From: a virus
DNA length: 64,000 bases
Strand: one strand, 5' to 3'
IMG/VR virus record: IMGVR_UViG_3300027969_000043
Span: 32,001-96,000 of that record
The notes beneath the pieces were generated by a model, which made no database searches, was not told the DNA's origin, and saw only the letters and a program-made list of their open reading frames with translations. This document shows, in pieces, positions 49,094-57,969 of this stretch (positions are counted from its first letter, which is position 1; every line of letters starts with the position of its first letter). The translations under genes were made by a program, and so were the position numbers.

Positions 49094-50797
49094 TTATCTA
49101 GCCTTCAATTCTTTTATTTTTATTTCCAAGTCATTAATTTTAATTAATGCCTCTTGAAGAGATTTTACCGTTAATGCTAAAATACCATCATAATCTAAAC
49201 CATAAACACCATCCTTTTTTTCACCATCACCCAAAACCAACTCTGGCGTGGTTTCTAAAACGTCTTGTGCTATAAATCCATGTCTTTTAATACCAACATA
49301 TTTGTTAAATTCAAATTTTGCTGGTTTTAATTGTAAAATAATTGATGAGCTATCACCTGAAATGTATTCAATATTATTTTTTAATCTTTTGTCTGAGGTT
49401 CCACCACCTGGTGTACTTAATACGCCAGCATCCGTTAATGAAAAAATAAGACTTTTATACCCATCATCAATGATTTCTATGTCACCAGCAAGATTAAGTC
49501 TAAATGTTTTTGATGCCTTTGCCGCACCAAGTGCCGTGTTTGTAACACTTATAAAATCAACATAATCGGTACCACCAATTGTATTACTACCGCTGATATC
49601 AATAAATGCGTTTGCAGGACTACCATTAGTTATTACACTACCTTTACCTGATAATATAGTACTAGCAATACCACTAAAACCACCGCTAACAGTATTATTC
49701 ACATAAGCATCACCTTTTACGACCAATTTAGAGCCGTCCCATGTTAAATTAGCACTAGTTGCTGTTTTGCTAGGTGTAATTTGATAAAGTATTCTATTGT
49801 CCGTACCACTTTCACTTACTATGTTAGTTGCTAACGAAGCAGTTCCGTCTAAAGAACCTATCACTGTTGTGGCACTTATTGTATTTGCTGTTAAACCACC
49901 AGTAAATATTGTTCGACCACTTACAGTACCCCCACTTAATGGTAGATAAGCACCTGATGCAGATGAACTACCTGTATACGCAGACAGGCTTATTGTAAAC
50001 GCTGAATATCCATCAGCCCTATTTTGTCTTAACGTTATTGTATTTGAACTTAACGTAAACCCTGTTACAAAAGTATCTGCTGTTACAGGTAAATTAAGAT
50101 ATGTTGTTGCGGATATACTTGCAGCCGTTAAACCACTAACTATTCTTGTATCACCACTAACATCTAGTGTGAACTGAGGTGAAGTGGTTAATATACCCAA
50201 CCTACCACCACTAGTATTGGTAAACCTAGCTATTGCCGTAGTATGACCCCATATATCCACAAAATTTTGATTGCCACCACCAATCCTTAAAGTACTACTA
50301 TCAATCGATTTAAGAACAACCATTTGTGCATAGTCTGTTGGCCTTAAAAAAGATATGCCACCAGAATCAGAATTAATTGTTAATCCATCAGGTATATTAC
50401 CGCCACTATATGAACCAACGGTTGGCGTTGTTCCAATTAATACTCTACCACCAGAACTATTTGCTAATCTAGTTGTTCCAGAAGAAGTTAATTGACCACT
50501 AACAGTTAATCCACTCATACTGTTAATAGTTGCTGAGAATGTAACACCACTCTCAACTATTGAAAATGTATTATTTGTTGTCGTATAACTAAAAGAAGTT
50601 ATTGAACCACCACCTCCACTAGTACTTCCAGAACTAGATACATTACTCCAAAGATTACTACCATTTTTATTGATATATATTGTACCAGTACTTTTATCTG
50701 TAAACAAAGTTCCTATTGGCGCTAAATGCGTCGGTACACCAAGTCCACTTTGTATTGAACCTGAATTTAAACCATCCTCTCTTATTTCTATTGCCAT
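49094..50797 (-). CDS. Tail fibre with C-terminal intramolecular chaperone (peptidase S74)
   Basis: TSDKRLKNNI...HGFIAQDV...PELV...LDYDGILALTVKSLQE followed by a coiled coil. Confidence 0.88.
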   Translation of the reverse strand: MAIEIREDGLNSGSIQSGLGVPTHLAPIGTLFTDKSTGTIYINKNGSNLWSNVSSSGSTSGGGGSITSFSYTTTNNTFSIVESGVTFSATINSMSGLTVSGQLTSSGTTRLANSSGGRVLIGTTPTVGSYSGGNIPDGLTINSDSGGISFLRPTDYAQMVVLKSIDSSTLRIGGGNQNFVDIWGHTTAIARFTNTSGGRLGILTTSPQFTLDVSGDTRIVSGLTAASISATTYLNLPVTADTFVTGFTLSSNTITLRQNRADGYSAFTISLSAYTGSSSASGAYLPLSGGTVSGRTIFTGGLTANTISATTVIGSLDGTASLATNIVSESGTDNRILYQITPSKTATSANLTWDGSKLVVKGDAYVNNTVSGGFSGIASTILSGKGSVITNGSPANAFIDISGSNTIGGTDYVDFISVTNTALGAAKASKTFRLNLAGDIEIIDDGYKSLIFSLTDAGVLSTPGGGTSDKRLKNNIEYISGDSSSIILQLKPAKFEFNKYVGIKRHGFIAQDVLETTPELVLGDGEKKDGVYGLDYDGILALTVKSLQEALIKINDLEIKIKELKAR

Positions 50798-50803
50798 TAT
50801 ATA

Positions 50804-52003
50804 TTAAAATGATTCTAAATTTATTCTTTTCCAGCCATTTTCTGTTTTTAAATACAGATAATTCTCATCTCTTGTAAGGTTACCTAAATCACCCGATAAA
50901 TCTTGTGATGATATTGGTGTAAATGCTGGGATGATTAAACCGTTTGGTTTTAAATTTGTATTTGTTGTCCAATCACCGTTTTCATCTGTTTCTAAAAATG
51001 CGTTTTGGTTATCAGCAATTGCATGTAAAACAATAATACCACCACCAATCGATGTTTGATGATTACCATTATAGTTTAATTCAATATTATTATCTTCAGC
51101 AACAACGGTTTGTGTGTTTAAACTCTCTCTATTTACATTTATTGTAACATCACCATTTACCAATTCTTTTATTGCTTCAACCAATAATGCTGTAACATCT
51201 TTATAATGAACGCTCATATATTTACCATCGTTATGCGTTAACTCTGGAACAACCTCATTTACCTCCTGCGCAATAAAACCTATTTTTGTTGCGTTTCCAC
51301 CGCTATTTCTATCTTTCCAATTAAATGTTACACCCCTAAGGTTTAACACTTTATTTAATGCATCATCAATATTGTTGATATTTTCTTTTAGACTAACATC
51401 TGATGCATTATTCACCAAGAAACCATTTGCATCAATACCAACGTCAATTGTGCCTGGGCCCGAACCTAGATTTGTTATTACCATTCTTTCAGTTCTAGTG
51501 ATGCCAGAGACATCAACCCAAATTGTCCTACCAGTATAATCTAGTGTACCAGCACTTAAATAAGTCAAAAGTGACGTTGTTACGGTACCTGTAAAAACAC
51601 CAGCTGACGGACTAACACAAATTTGTGGTGTGATATCAAAACTAACACCTGAATAGTTTAAGTAATATCTATTTCCATCGGTAGTCCCACTTGTATTACC
51701 CGTATATACTTGACCAGTATTTTGTGTTAAACCACTATTTGTACTTGTTATTGCTGATATACGCGAGTTAGCAATATTCATTTTTGTATCATACCAAGTA
51801 AAAACTGTAACGCCAGTATTACCTGAAAAAGTGCTAAGAACACCAGATACAGTTGAAGTAGCAGCCGTTGTTATTAAATCTGGGCCTGTAGTTAAAGAGC
51901 TAAAAGTAACACCAAATGCGGTTCCACCAGATAAAACACTAAATGTTTCTGGTTGTTGTTTTACCTGTCTTGTTGAAAAATCTAATTTTGTTCTAAATTC
52001 CAT
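50804..52003 (-). CDS. Fibre-like protein with an internal peptidase S74 chaperone domain
   Basis: ASDVSLKENI...IGFIAQEV...VHYKDVTALLVEAIKEL, followed by about 120 further residues. Confidence 0.8.
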   Translation of the reverse strand: MEFRTKLDFSTRQVKQQPETFSVLSGGTAFGVTFSSLTTGPDLITTAATSTVSGVLSTFSGNTGVTVFTWYDTKMNIANSRISAITSTNSGLTQNTGQVYTGNTSGTTDGNRYYLNYSGVSFDITPQICVSPSAGVFTGTVTTSLLTYLSAGTLDYTGRTIWVDVSGITRTERMVITNLGSGPGTIDVGIDANGFLVNNASDVSLKENINNIDDALNKVLNLRGVTFNWKDRNSGGNATKIGFIAQEVNEVVPELTHNDGKYMSVHYKDVTALLVEAIKELVNGDVTINVNRESLNTQTVVAEDNNIELNYNGNHQTSIGGGIIVLHAIADNQNAFLETDENGDWTTNTNLKPNGLIIPAFTPISSQDLSGDLGNLTRDENYLYLKTENGWKRINLESF

Positions 52004-52019
52004 TTTTATTGGTTTTATA

Positions 52020-52049
52020 ATAAATATTCTACGTTTCTAATATATTTAT
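52020..52049. promoter_or_regulatory. Divergent pair of ATATTTAT motifs (52020-52027 minus; 52042-52049 plus)
   Basis: Back-to-back motifs at the strand switch, each 16 nt from its ATG. Confidence 0.6.
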
Positions 52050-52065
52050 TATAAAAGAATTATTT

Positions 52066-52536
52066 ATGCCTATTATTAAAAAACATGAATTAGAAGAACT
52101 TGTTGGCGGCGATGGCGAGGTTATTGGTGGTGATAGAAATGTTACTAGCAATTCAGAAATTGAGACAGGTCCAGTACAAAAACCATGGAACGACAATTCC
52201 GATTACGAAAAAGGGATGTCAACGACTACCGATAGAGCTACAAGATATAGACAAAATATCCCATGGTTTGCCGTTTATAGCTATCGCAGCTCAAGTGGTC
52301 GTGGATTACCAATAAACGAAACAAATAAAAAAGTCAAAAAAAAGAGTCAAATAGAAGAAGAAATCATGGAAGATTTAGTTAAAAAGTCAAAAAAAGACCA
52401 TGATATGATAGAAAAAAACTTTGACGCTAAAGTTGAAAAAATGGTTGATACAATAGAAGATATTGATTTAAGCAAGGAACAGTTAAATAAAATAAAAACT
52501 GCAATCATTAATAAAATAAAAAATAAAGATGCCTAA
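52066..52536 (+). CDS. Hypothetical phage protein
   Basis: ORF with plausible composition, downstream of the motif. Confidence 0.7.
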   Translation: MPIIKKHELEELVGGDGEVIGGDRNVTSNSEIETGPVQKPWNDNSDYEKGMSTTTDRATRYRQNIPWFAVYSYRSSSGRGLPINETNKKVKKKSQIEEEIMEDLVKKSKKDHDMIEKNFDAKVEKMVDTIEDIDLSKEQLNKIKTAIINKIKNKDA

Positions 52537-52984
52537 TTCCGATTTAAAAGATAAAATATATAATGTACCTGCCCAACATCAAAATTTTTTGGGACAGACA
52601 ATATCATATCATAATCTTAAAATGACAAAAACTAGGCTAAACCAAGCAAAGAAAGATAAAAACCAACAAGAATTTAATAGAAAGGGTGGTGAAAACGTAT
52701 TACAGTGGGTAAACAATACATTAAAAACTGACCGAGACGCTATTTATAATAAGAAAAAAACTGGTATGGATGCTGGAAGAGAAAACGAGTTTATAAAAGA
52801 CCACGAAAAAGATAAAAGCGCTAACGCAACAAAAGTTGGTGGTGTACCAAAAATAACAAAAGGTAGCGTGTTTAGAAAAATAATGACTAACAAAGAAGTA
52901 TATAATGAATCCGTTAATAAAGAAATCAAGGATATTTTATATTTAATGGAGTACATGAATAACAATAAAAAAGAAAATTTATAA
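52529..52984 (+). CDS. Hypothetical basic phage protein
   Basis: Start overlaps the previous gene's stop region. Confidence 0.7.
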   Translation: MPNSDLKDKIYNVPAQHQNFLGQTISYHNLKMTKTRLNQAKKDKNQQEFNRKGGENVLQWVNNTLKTDRDAIYNKKKTGMDAGRENEFIKDHEKDKSANATKVGGVPKITKGSVFRKIMTNKEVYNESVNKEIKDILYLMEYMNNNKKENL

Positions 52985-52987
52985 ATT

Positions 52988-53401
52988 ATGCCAAGTAATT
53001 ACATTCCAAGACCCGTTCCTGGACAAAATGTCGGAGGTCAATCTGATATGGAATACGCAGCTATTCTTCAAAGAAATACCTTGATTCCTATTAATACTTA
53101 TAATAGTTATGCTTCCGCAAACCAATACGGTCTTACACACACTAGAGCTATAACTGATAACCAAACACCAAACGCTGGTAGAGGTACTGGCGTTTTTTTA
53201 GATATCAATAATTATGGTGCTGGTTTAGATTGGGACAAATTAGGTAACCCACAACCAGGAAGTATCGTAGGTGCTGGTGCTGGCAGATTGCCGTCATTAA
53301 CATACAATAACGCAACTTGGGGTATGGGACCAGTCGCAATAGGGATGACAAACTATGCACCACCAAATACGGCACTAAACATTGGTCAAGTAATAATATA
53401 A
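52988..53401 (+). CDS. Hypothetical protein, possibly structural
   Basis: N/G/P-rich composition; tightly coupled to its neighbours. Confidence 0.65.
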   Translation: MPSNYIPRPVPGQNVGGQSDMEYAAILQRNTLIPINTYNSYASANQYGLTHTRAITDNQTPNAGRGTGVFLDINNYGAGLDWDKLGNPQPGSIVGAGAGRLPSLTYNNATWGMGPVAIGMTNYAPPNTALNIGQVII

Positions 53402-53402
53402 T

Positions 53403-53831
53403 ATGAAACTTTACAATTTATTTGAAGAGATTATATTAGAAGAGAAAAGGTTATTAGCTGAAAATGTTAGTGACCAAGAAATAAATGATGCAATTAAAGG
53501 AAAATACAACATAAATATACTTTATGATGATTATCCAGATGTTGTACCATCAGTCGCACCTAGCAAAAGATATATACAAGTATATAATCTTGCTGAAACA
53601 AAAGCTGGTAACAAAGCAATAAGAGCATTTCAAATTTTTGGTGGTTCAAAAACAACACCAAAACAGGGTGCGTGGAAAATATTTAGATTAGACAGAATAC
53701 GCGGTTGGTTTCCGACAAAAATGAAATTTTATAACCCAGTTTCTGATTTAGACGCAAATATTCCTACGTACAATAAAAATGGTGACAGAGCAATGTCACG
53801 CGTTATAAATAAAGTAGAATTTAATAGATAA
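53403..53831 (+). CDS. Stand-alone WYL-like domain protein
   Basis: INILYDD...KRYIQVYNL...AIRAFQ...WKIFRLDRI matches the WYL pattern. Confidence 0.65.
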   Translation: MKLYNLFEEIILEEKRLLAENVSDQEINDAIKGKYNINILYDDYPDVVPSVAPSKRYIQVYNLAETKAGNKAIRAFQIFGGSKTTPKQGAWKIFRLDRIRGWFPTKMKFYNPVSDLDANIPTYNKNGDRAMSRVINKVEFNR

Positions 53832-53836
53832 TTTTT

Positions 53837-54409
53837 ATGGATGCACCACAACCAGTAGATTTAAATAAATTAAAAAACATTCTTGGAAATGCCAAGGCTG
53901 TAATGAATAAGGTTGAAAACAATAGTTTTAAAACGGGGAATATTAATGGGCGAGCGTTAACAGAAGAAGGCGTAGCTGAATTACAGTCAGAAGGGGTTAG
54001 GCCAGTATCTACATCGCCCATGACATATAATGAGGAAATGATTAAGAATTCTAAATTACCAGCAGCAATTAAAAAGGCGATGCTAGAAAACCCAATTCCA
54101 CAATTATCTGGACCAAGCCATACATTTAATATAAACGACGTATCTGACTTGATTGACGAAAAACCAATGCCATATCCTAAAGCACCTAAAACAAAAGTTG
54201 TCAACGAAACATATAGCAATAATAAGTCAGATACAATTACTATAAGCAAATCTGATTTAAAAGAGATGGTTAATGATTTGGTTAATGAAAAATTATTAGA
54301 GTTTTTTGTTAAAAACCACAATAAATCAGTTACTGAAGACGCTGTTAAAAGAACAATTACAACCCTGATAAAAGAAGGTAAAATACAACAAAAGAAAAGA
54401 ACACTATAA
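53837..54409 (+). CDS. Hypothetical phage protein
   Basis: Co-oriented ORF followed by a terminator. Confidence 0.7.
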   Translation: MDAPQPVDLNKLKNILGNAKAVMNKVENNSFKTGNINGRALTEEGVAELQSEGVRPVSTSPMTYNEEMIKNSKLPAAIKKAMLENPIPQLSGPSHTFNINDVSDLIDEKPMPYPKAPKTKVVNETYSNNKSDTITISKSDLKEMVNDLVNEKLLEFFVKNHNKSVTEDAVKRTITTLIKEGKIQQKKRTL

Positions 54410-54429
54410 CAATAAAAAAATATTTTATT

Positions 54430-54457
54430 AAAAGGGGATTAATTTCCCCTTTTTTTA
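54430..54457 (+). terminator. Intrinsic terminator
   Basis: aaagggga-ttaatt-tccccttt plus a T tract. Confidence 0.75.
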
Positions 54458-54514
54458 TTGACTAATATTACATATTCATTATTATTAACTCATAATTACA
54501 TTTAAAAAATTAAT

Positions 54515-55780
54515 ATGAGTAAAATTAAAGTTTTAGTAGTACCCTCTGACCGTACTGGTGTCGGATACTTTAGAAGCACAAAACCACACATTGCATTAGA
54601 AGAAAAATACCCCGACGAATTTCATGTCGATATCGAGTATGAACCAGAGTTAAACAATGACGAATGGTTAAAACAATACGATGTTATACATTATCATAGA
54701 ACCCTAGGTGCTTACGAACAACAAGAAGCCCTATTAAATAAATTGGATAATTTAGGTATTGCAACAATAATGGATTTAGATGATTATTGGTCACCTGGCC
54801 AACATCATCCAGCTTTTTTATTGATTAAAAATAGCGGTTTAGATAAAATGATTTTGAATAATATTAGAATTGCTAAAAATGTAACAACAACAACTAGTAT
54901 ATTTGCTGAAGAAATTGCAAAATATAACAAAAATGTTTATGTTTTACCAAATGCAATTGACCCGAATGAAAAACAATATACCCCAACGCCAGAAAAAAGC
55001 GATAGATTAAGAATTGGATGGCTTGGTGGTAGTAGCCATTTAAAAGATTTAGAAATATTAAAAGGAGTTGTTGGTAGATTGCACAATGACGGATTGTTAG
55101 ATAAAGTTCAATTTGTTTTGTGTGGTTATGATTTAAGAGGAACAATGACCATTATTGATGAGCAAACTGGTCAACAAACACAAAGACCAATTAAACCAAC
55201 AGAAAGTGTTTGGTATCATTACGAAAGAATTTTTACAGAAGACTACACAACGGTCAGCCCAGAATATAAAGAATTTTTATTAAAATTCAAAAATGAGGAA
55301 TATCCTAATGTTGCAAATGAACCATACAGAAGAGTTTGGACAAAACCGATTAGTAGCTACGCCTCAAATTATAATTTATTCGATATATCATTAGCACCAA
55401 TTGAAGAAAATATTTTTAATAAAGTTAAAAGCCAACTTAAAGTTATCGAAGCTGGGTTTCATAAGAAAGCTTTAATCGCACAAGATTTTGGTCCGTATCA
55501 GATAGACGTTAAAAGCGCACATCAATTTGGTGGTGGTTGGGACAAAAATGGCAACGGTATACTGATTGAAACAAATAAAAATCATAAAGATTGGTACAAG
55601 TTTATTAAAAAATTAATACTAGAACCAGAATTAGTTCAACAACTAAGTGAAAACCTGCACAATACAATTAAAGATTTATATTCTGTTGGAGCGGTTAGCG
55701 ATAGCAGACGTGATTTATATAAAAAACTGAAATCACAAATGGATGAAAAACAATCAGCTAAAAAAATGGTTTTAAATTAG
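54515..55780 (+). CDS. GT-B fold glycosyltransferase (GT4-like)
   Basis: GVGYFRS..PH, DLDDYW, VLPNAID, RIGWLGGSSH, DISLAPIEENIFNKVKSQLKVIEAG. Confidence 0.85.
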   Translation: MSKIKVLVVPSDRTGVGYFRSTKPHIALEEKYPDEFHVDIEYEPELNNDEWLKQYDVIHYHRTLGAYEQQEALLNKLDNLGIATIMDLDDYWSPGQHHPAFLLIKNSGLDKMILNNIRIAKNVTTTTSIFAEEIAKYNKNVYVLPNAIDPNEKQYTPTPEKSDRLRIGWLGGSSHLKDLEILKGVVGRLHNDGLLDKVQFVLCGYDLRGTMTIIDEQTGQQTQRPIKPTESVWYHYERIFTEDYTTVSPEYKEFLLKFKNEEYPNVANEPYRRVWTKPISSYASNYNLFDISLAPIEENIFNKVKSQLKVIEAGFHKKALIAQDFGPYQIDVKSAHQFGGGWDKNGNGILIETNKNHKDWYKFIKKLILEPELVQQLSENLHNTIKDLYSVGAVSDSRRDLYKKLKSQMDEKQSAKKMVLN

Positions 55781-55808
55781 ACTTTTTAATTTGTTTTTGG
55801 TATATTTG
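55777..55808 (+). promoter_or_regulatory. Bacteroidota-type promoter (TTAG-N20-TATATTTG)
   Basis: TATATTTG at 55801-55808, with a near-consensus -33 element 20 nt upstream. Confidence 0.55.
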
Positions 55809-55816
55809 TAAAAAAT

Positions 55817-56392
55817 ATGAATATGATTAAACAAGAACAAATTGTAAAAAACACTAAAAAGTATTTTCAAACAGCTCAAGAACAAGGATTTATGACTGAA
55901 GAGTTAATGTCTTTTTTAGGTGAAAATTTTATAAAAGCTCCAGCATCAACAATGTTGGATTTACATAATGCGTTTGAAGGTGGTCTAATTGACCATCTTT
56001 TGCGTGTTACAAAATATGCTGTTTCAATCAATGAAACAATTCTACCCGAAAATCTAAAACTACAGAAGAAAGACATCATTAAAGTTTGCTTTTTACATCA
56101 AATAGGTAAAGCACATCTTTATACCCCATGCACTTCTGATTGGCATGTTAAAAATCAAGGAAAAATGTACGACTTTAATGATAACCTAACTTCAATGCGT
56201 GTTGGTGAGCGTTCAGCACATTACGCATTAAATAATGGGGTTACACTCACCGAAGAAGAATATCAAGCAATTATAAATTTTGATAAGGATGATAGCGATA
56301 AGCAAGCAAAATATCATAATTCTTTATTAGGTGACTTATTAAAGATGGCTAATCAATTGGCGATAACAGAAGAAAAAAATCAAAAAAATTAA
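55817..56392 (+). CDS. HD-domain-like protein with degenerate metal ligands
   Basis: APAS...HNAFEGGLIDH...FLHQIGK (HQ instead of HD). Confidence 0.7.
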   Translation: MNMIKQEQIVKNTKKYFQTAQEQGFMTEELMSFLGENFIKAPASTMLDLHNAFEGGLIDHLLRVTKYAVSINETILPENLKLQKKDIIKVCFLHQIGKAHLYTPCTSDWHVKNQGKMYDFNDNLTSMRVGERSAHYALNNGVTLTEEEYQAIINFDKDDSDKQAKYHNSLLGDLLKMANQLAITEEKNQKN

Positions 56393-56393
56393 T

Positions 56394-56966
56394 ATGGACA
56401 TAGCAGAAAAAATGAGAAAAAAAATTTTTGATATAATTGACCCAAATGTAAATTATACACAAGAAGATTTTGAAAAAGAATTTAGTCGTATTGACTATAC
56501 TAACACTACTGATTACAAATTAAGTATTCGTTTTGTAAACGAATCAACAAACCCAAACCCAGAATATGCAACCGAAGGTTCATCTGGTTTTGATTTAAGA
56601 GCAAACTTACAAAACCCTATTGAAATACCTAGTGGCGGCATTCAAATTATACCAACAGGATTATATTTTGAAATTCCACAGGGTTTAGAAATTCAAGTTA
56701 GACCTAGAAGTGGATTAGCTGCAAAAAATGGTGTTACGGTGTTAAACACACCTGGTACGGTTGATTCGGATTATCGTGGTGAGGTTAAGGTTATACTTAT
56801 TAACCATGGAAAAGAAATTTTTACCATTAACCACGGTGATAGAATAGCGCAGGCTGTCATTGCATCTGTAATGGCTAACAATCTCATCGAGCTAAACAAA
56901 GTTTCAAAAATTTCAAATGACACTATTAGGTCATCTAATGGTTTTGGTAGTACAGGTTTACAATAA
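56394..56966 (+). CDS. dut: Trimeric dUTPase
   Basis: All five motifs: GFDLRA, RPRSGLA, GTVDSDYRGE, GDRIAQ, R..GFGSTG. Confidence 0.95.
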   Translation: MDIAEKMRKKIFDIIDPNVNYTQEDFEKEFSRIDYTNTTDYKLSIRFVNESTNPNPEYATEGSSGFDLRANLQNPIEIPSGGIQIIPTGLYFEIPQGLEIQVRPRSGLAAKNGVTVLNTPGTVDSDYRGEVKVILINHGKEIFTINHGDRIAQAVIASVMANNLIELNKVSKISNDTIRSSNGFGSTGLQ

Positions 56967-56976
56967 AAAAAATAAA

Positions 56977-57969
56977 ATGAAATTAGATTTTAACGATTTG
57001 TTAATCGTACCAAAAGAAATAACAAATATAAATAGTCGAACTGAAATTAATCCGTACATTTTTGCGATGCTACCATTAATTACCGCACCTATGGACACTG
57101 TTGTATCCAAAGAAAATGCGGGGTTATATATTATTAATAATATAAATGTATGCCTACCTAGAAACGTAGACTGTGATTTAGGATTTAAAGCATATTCAAT
57201 ATCTCAGATGAATGATTTATTAAATTCTAATAGAGGTATTTTAGAAAATGGGTATTATTTAATTGATGTTGCTAATGGGCATATGGACTCGGTAATAAAC
57301 ATCACAAAAAAAATAAAACAAAAAAATAAGAAAGTTAAATTAATGGTTGGCAATATCGCTAACCCAGAAACATATCGATTACTGTCTGACGCAGGTGCCG
57401 ACTATATTAGAGTTGGCATTGGAAATGGTGGTGGATGCCTAACAACGCAAAATACAGGTGTTGGATATCCAATGGCGTCATTGATTAAAGAATGTTATGA
57501 TATATCTGCTACGTTAGACAACCCCGCATATATAGTTGCCGACGGTGGAATGCAAACATACAGTGACATAATTAAAGCTCTTGCATTAGGTGCTGATTAT
57601 GTTATGCTTGGTAGCGTTTTAAATAAATCACTTGAATCTGCTGGTGATAATTACCTTTGGAAAAAAATAAAAGTATCACAAACAATGGCTAAGAAAGCGT
57701 ATAAACTAGGTATACCCGTTTATAAAATGTTTAGAGGTATGAGCACCAAAGAAGTTCAAAAAAAATGGGGTGCCAAAGTCATTAAAACTTCTGAGGGTGT
57801 TGTAAGATATCGAAGAGTAGAATACACACTATCTCAATGGTCTGAGAACTTTGAACATTACTTACGTTCAGCAATGAGCTATACAGGCTCACATAAACTA
57901 AGCGAATTTATCGGTAAAGCAAATTTAATACAAATAACAAATAACGCATATAAAAGATTTAACAAATGA
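56977..57969 (+). CDS. GMP reductase / IMP dehydrogenase family protein (no CBS domains); likely start at ATG 56977
   Basis: LDFNDLLIVP, TAPMDTV, IDVANGH, VGIGNGGGCLTT (catalytic Cys), VADGG, FRGMS, SEG, LRSAMSYTG. Confidence 0.88.
   Translation: MKLDFNDLLIVPKEITNINSRTEINPYIFAMLPLITAPMDTVVSKENAGLYIINNINVCLPRNVDCDLGFKAYSISQMNDLLNSNRGILENGYYLIDVANGHMDSVINITKKIKQKNKKVKLMVGNIANPETYRLLSDAGADYIRVGIGNGGGCLTTQNTGVGYPMASLIKECYDISATLDNPAYIVADGGMQTYSDIIKALALGADYVMLGSVLNKSLESAGDNYLWKKIKVSQTMAKKAYKLGIPVYKMFRGMSTKEVQKKWGAKVIKTSEGVVRYRRVEYTLSQWSENFEHYLRSAMSYTGSHKLSEFIGKANLIQITNNAYKRFNK

Noticed and set aside
5601-50135. Possible diversity-generating retroelement (TR/VR pairs) among the repeated fibre and adhesin segments
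   Set aside because: No reverse transcriptase in the window. All copies are coding, and differences are mostly synonymous rather than adenine-specific.
8871-52040. Many 60-190 aa plus-strand or alternate-frame ORFs overlapping fibre genes
   Set aside because: Low-complexity repeat codon usage leaves these frames stop-free. There is no independent evidence for them.
56917-56976. Track start of the GMPR/IMPDH ORF at 56917
   Set aside because: It overlaps the end of dut. Family similarity and an A-rich leader favour ATG 56977.
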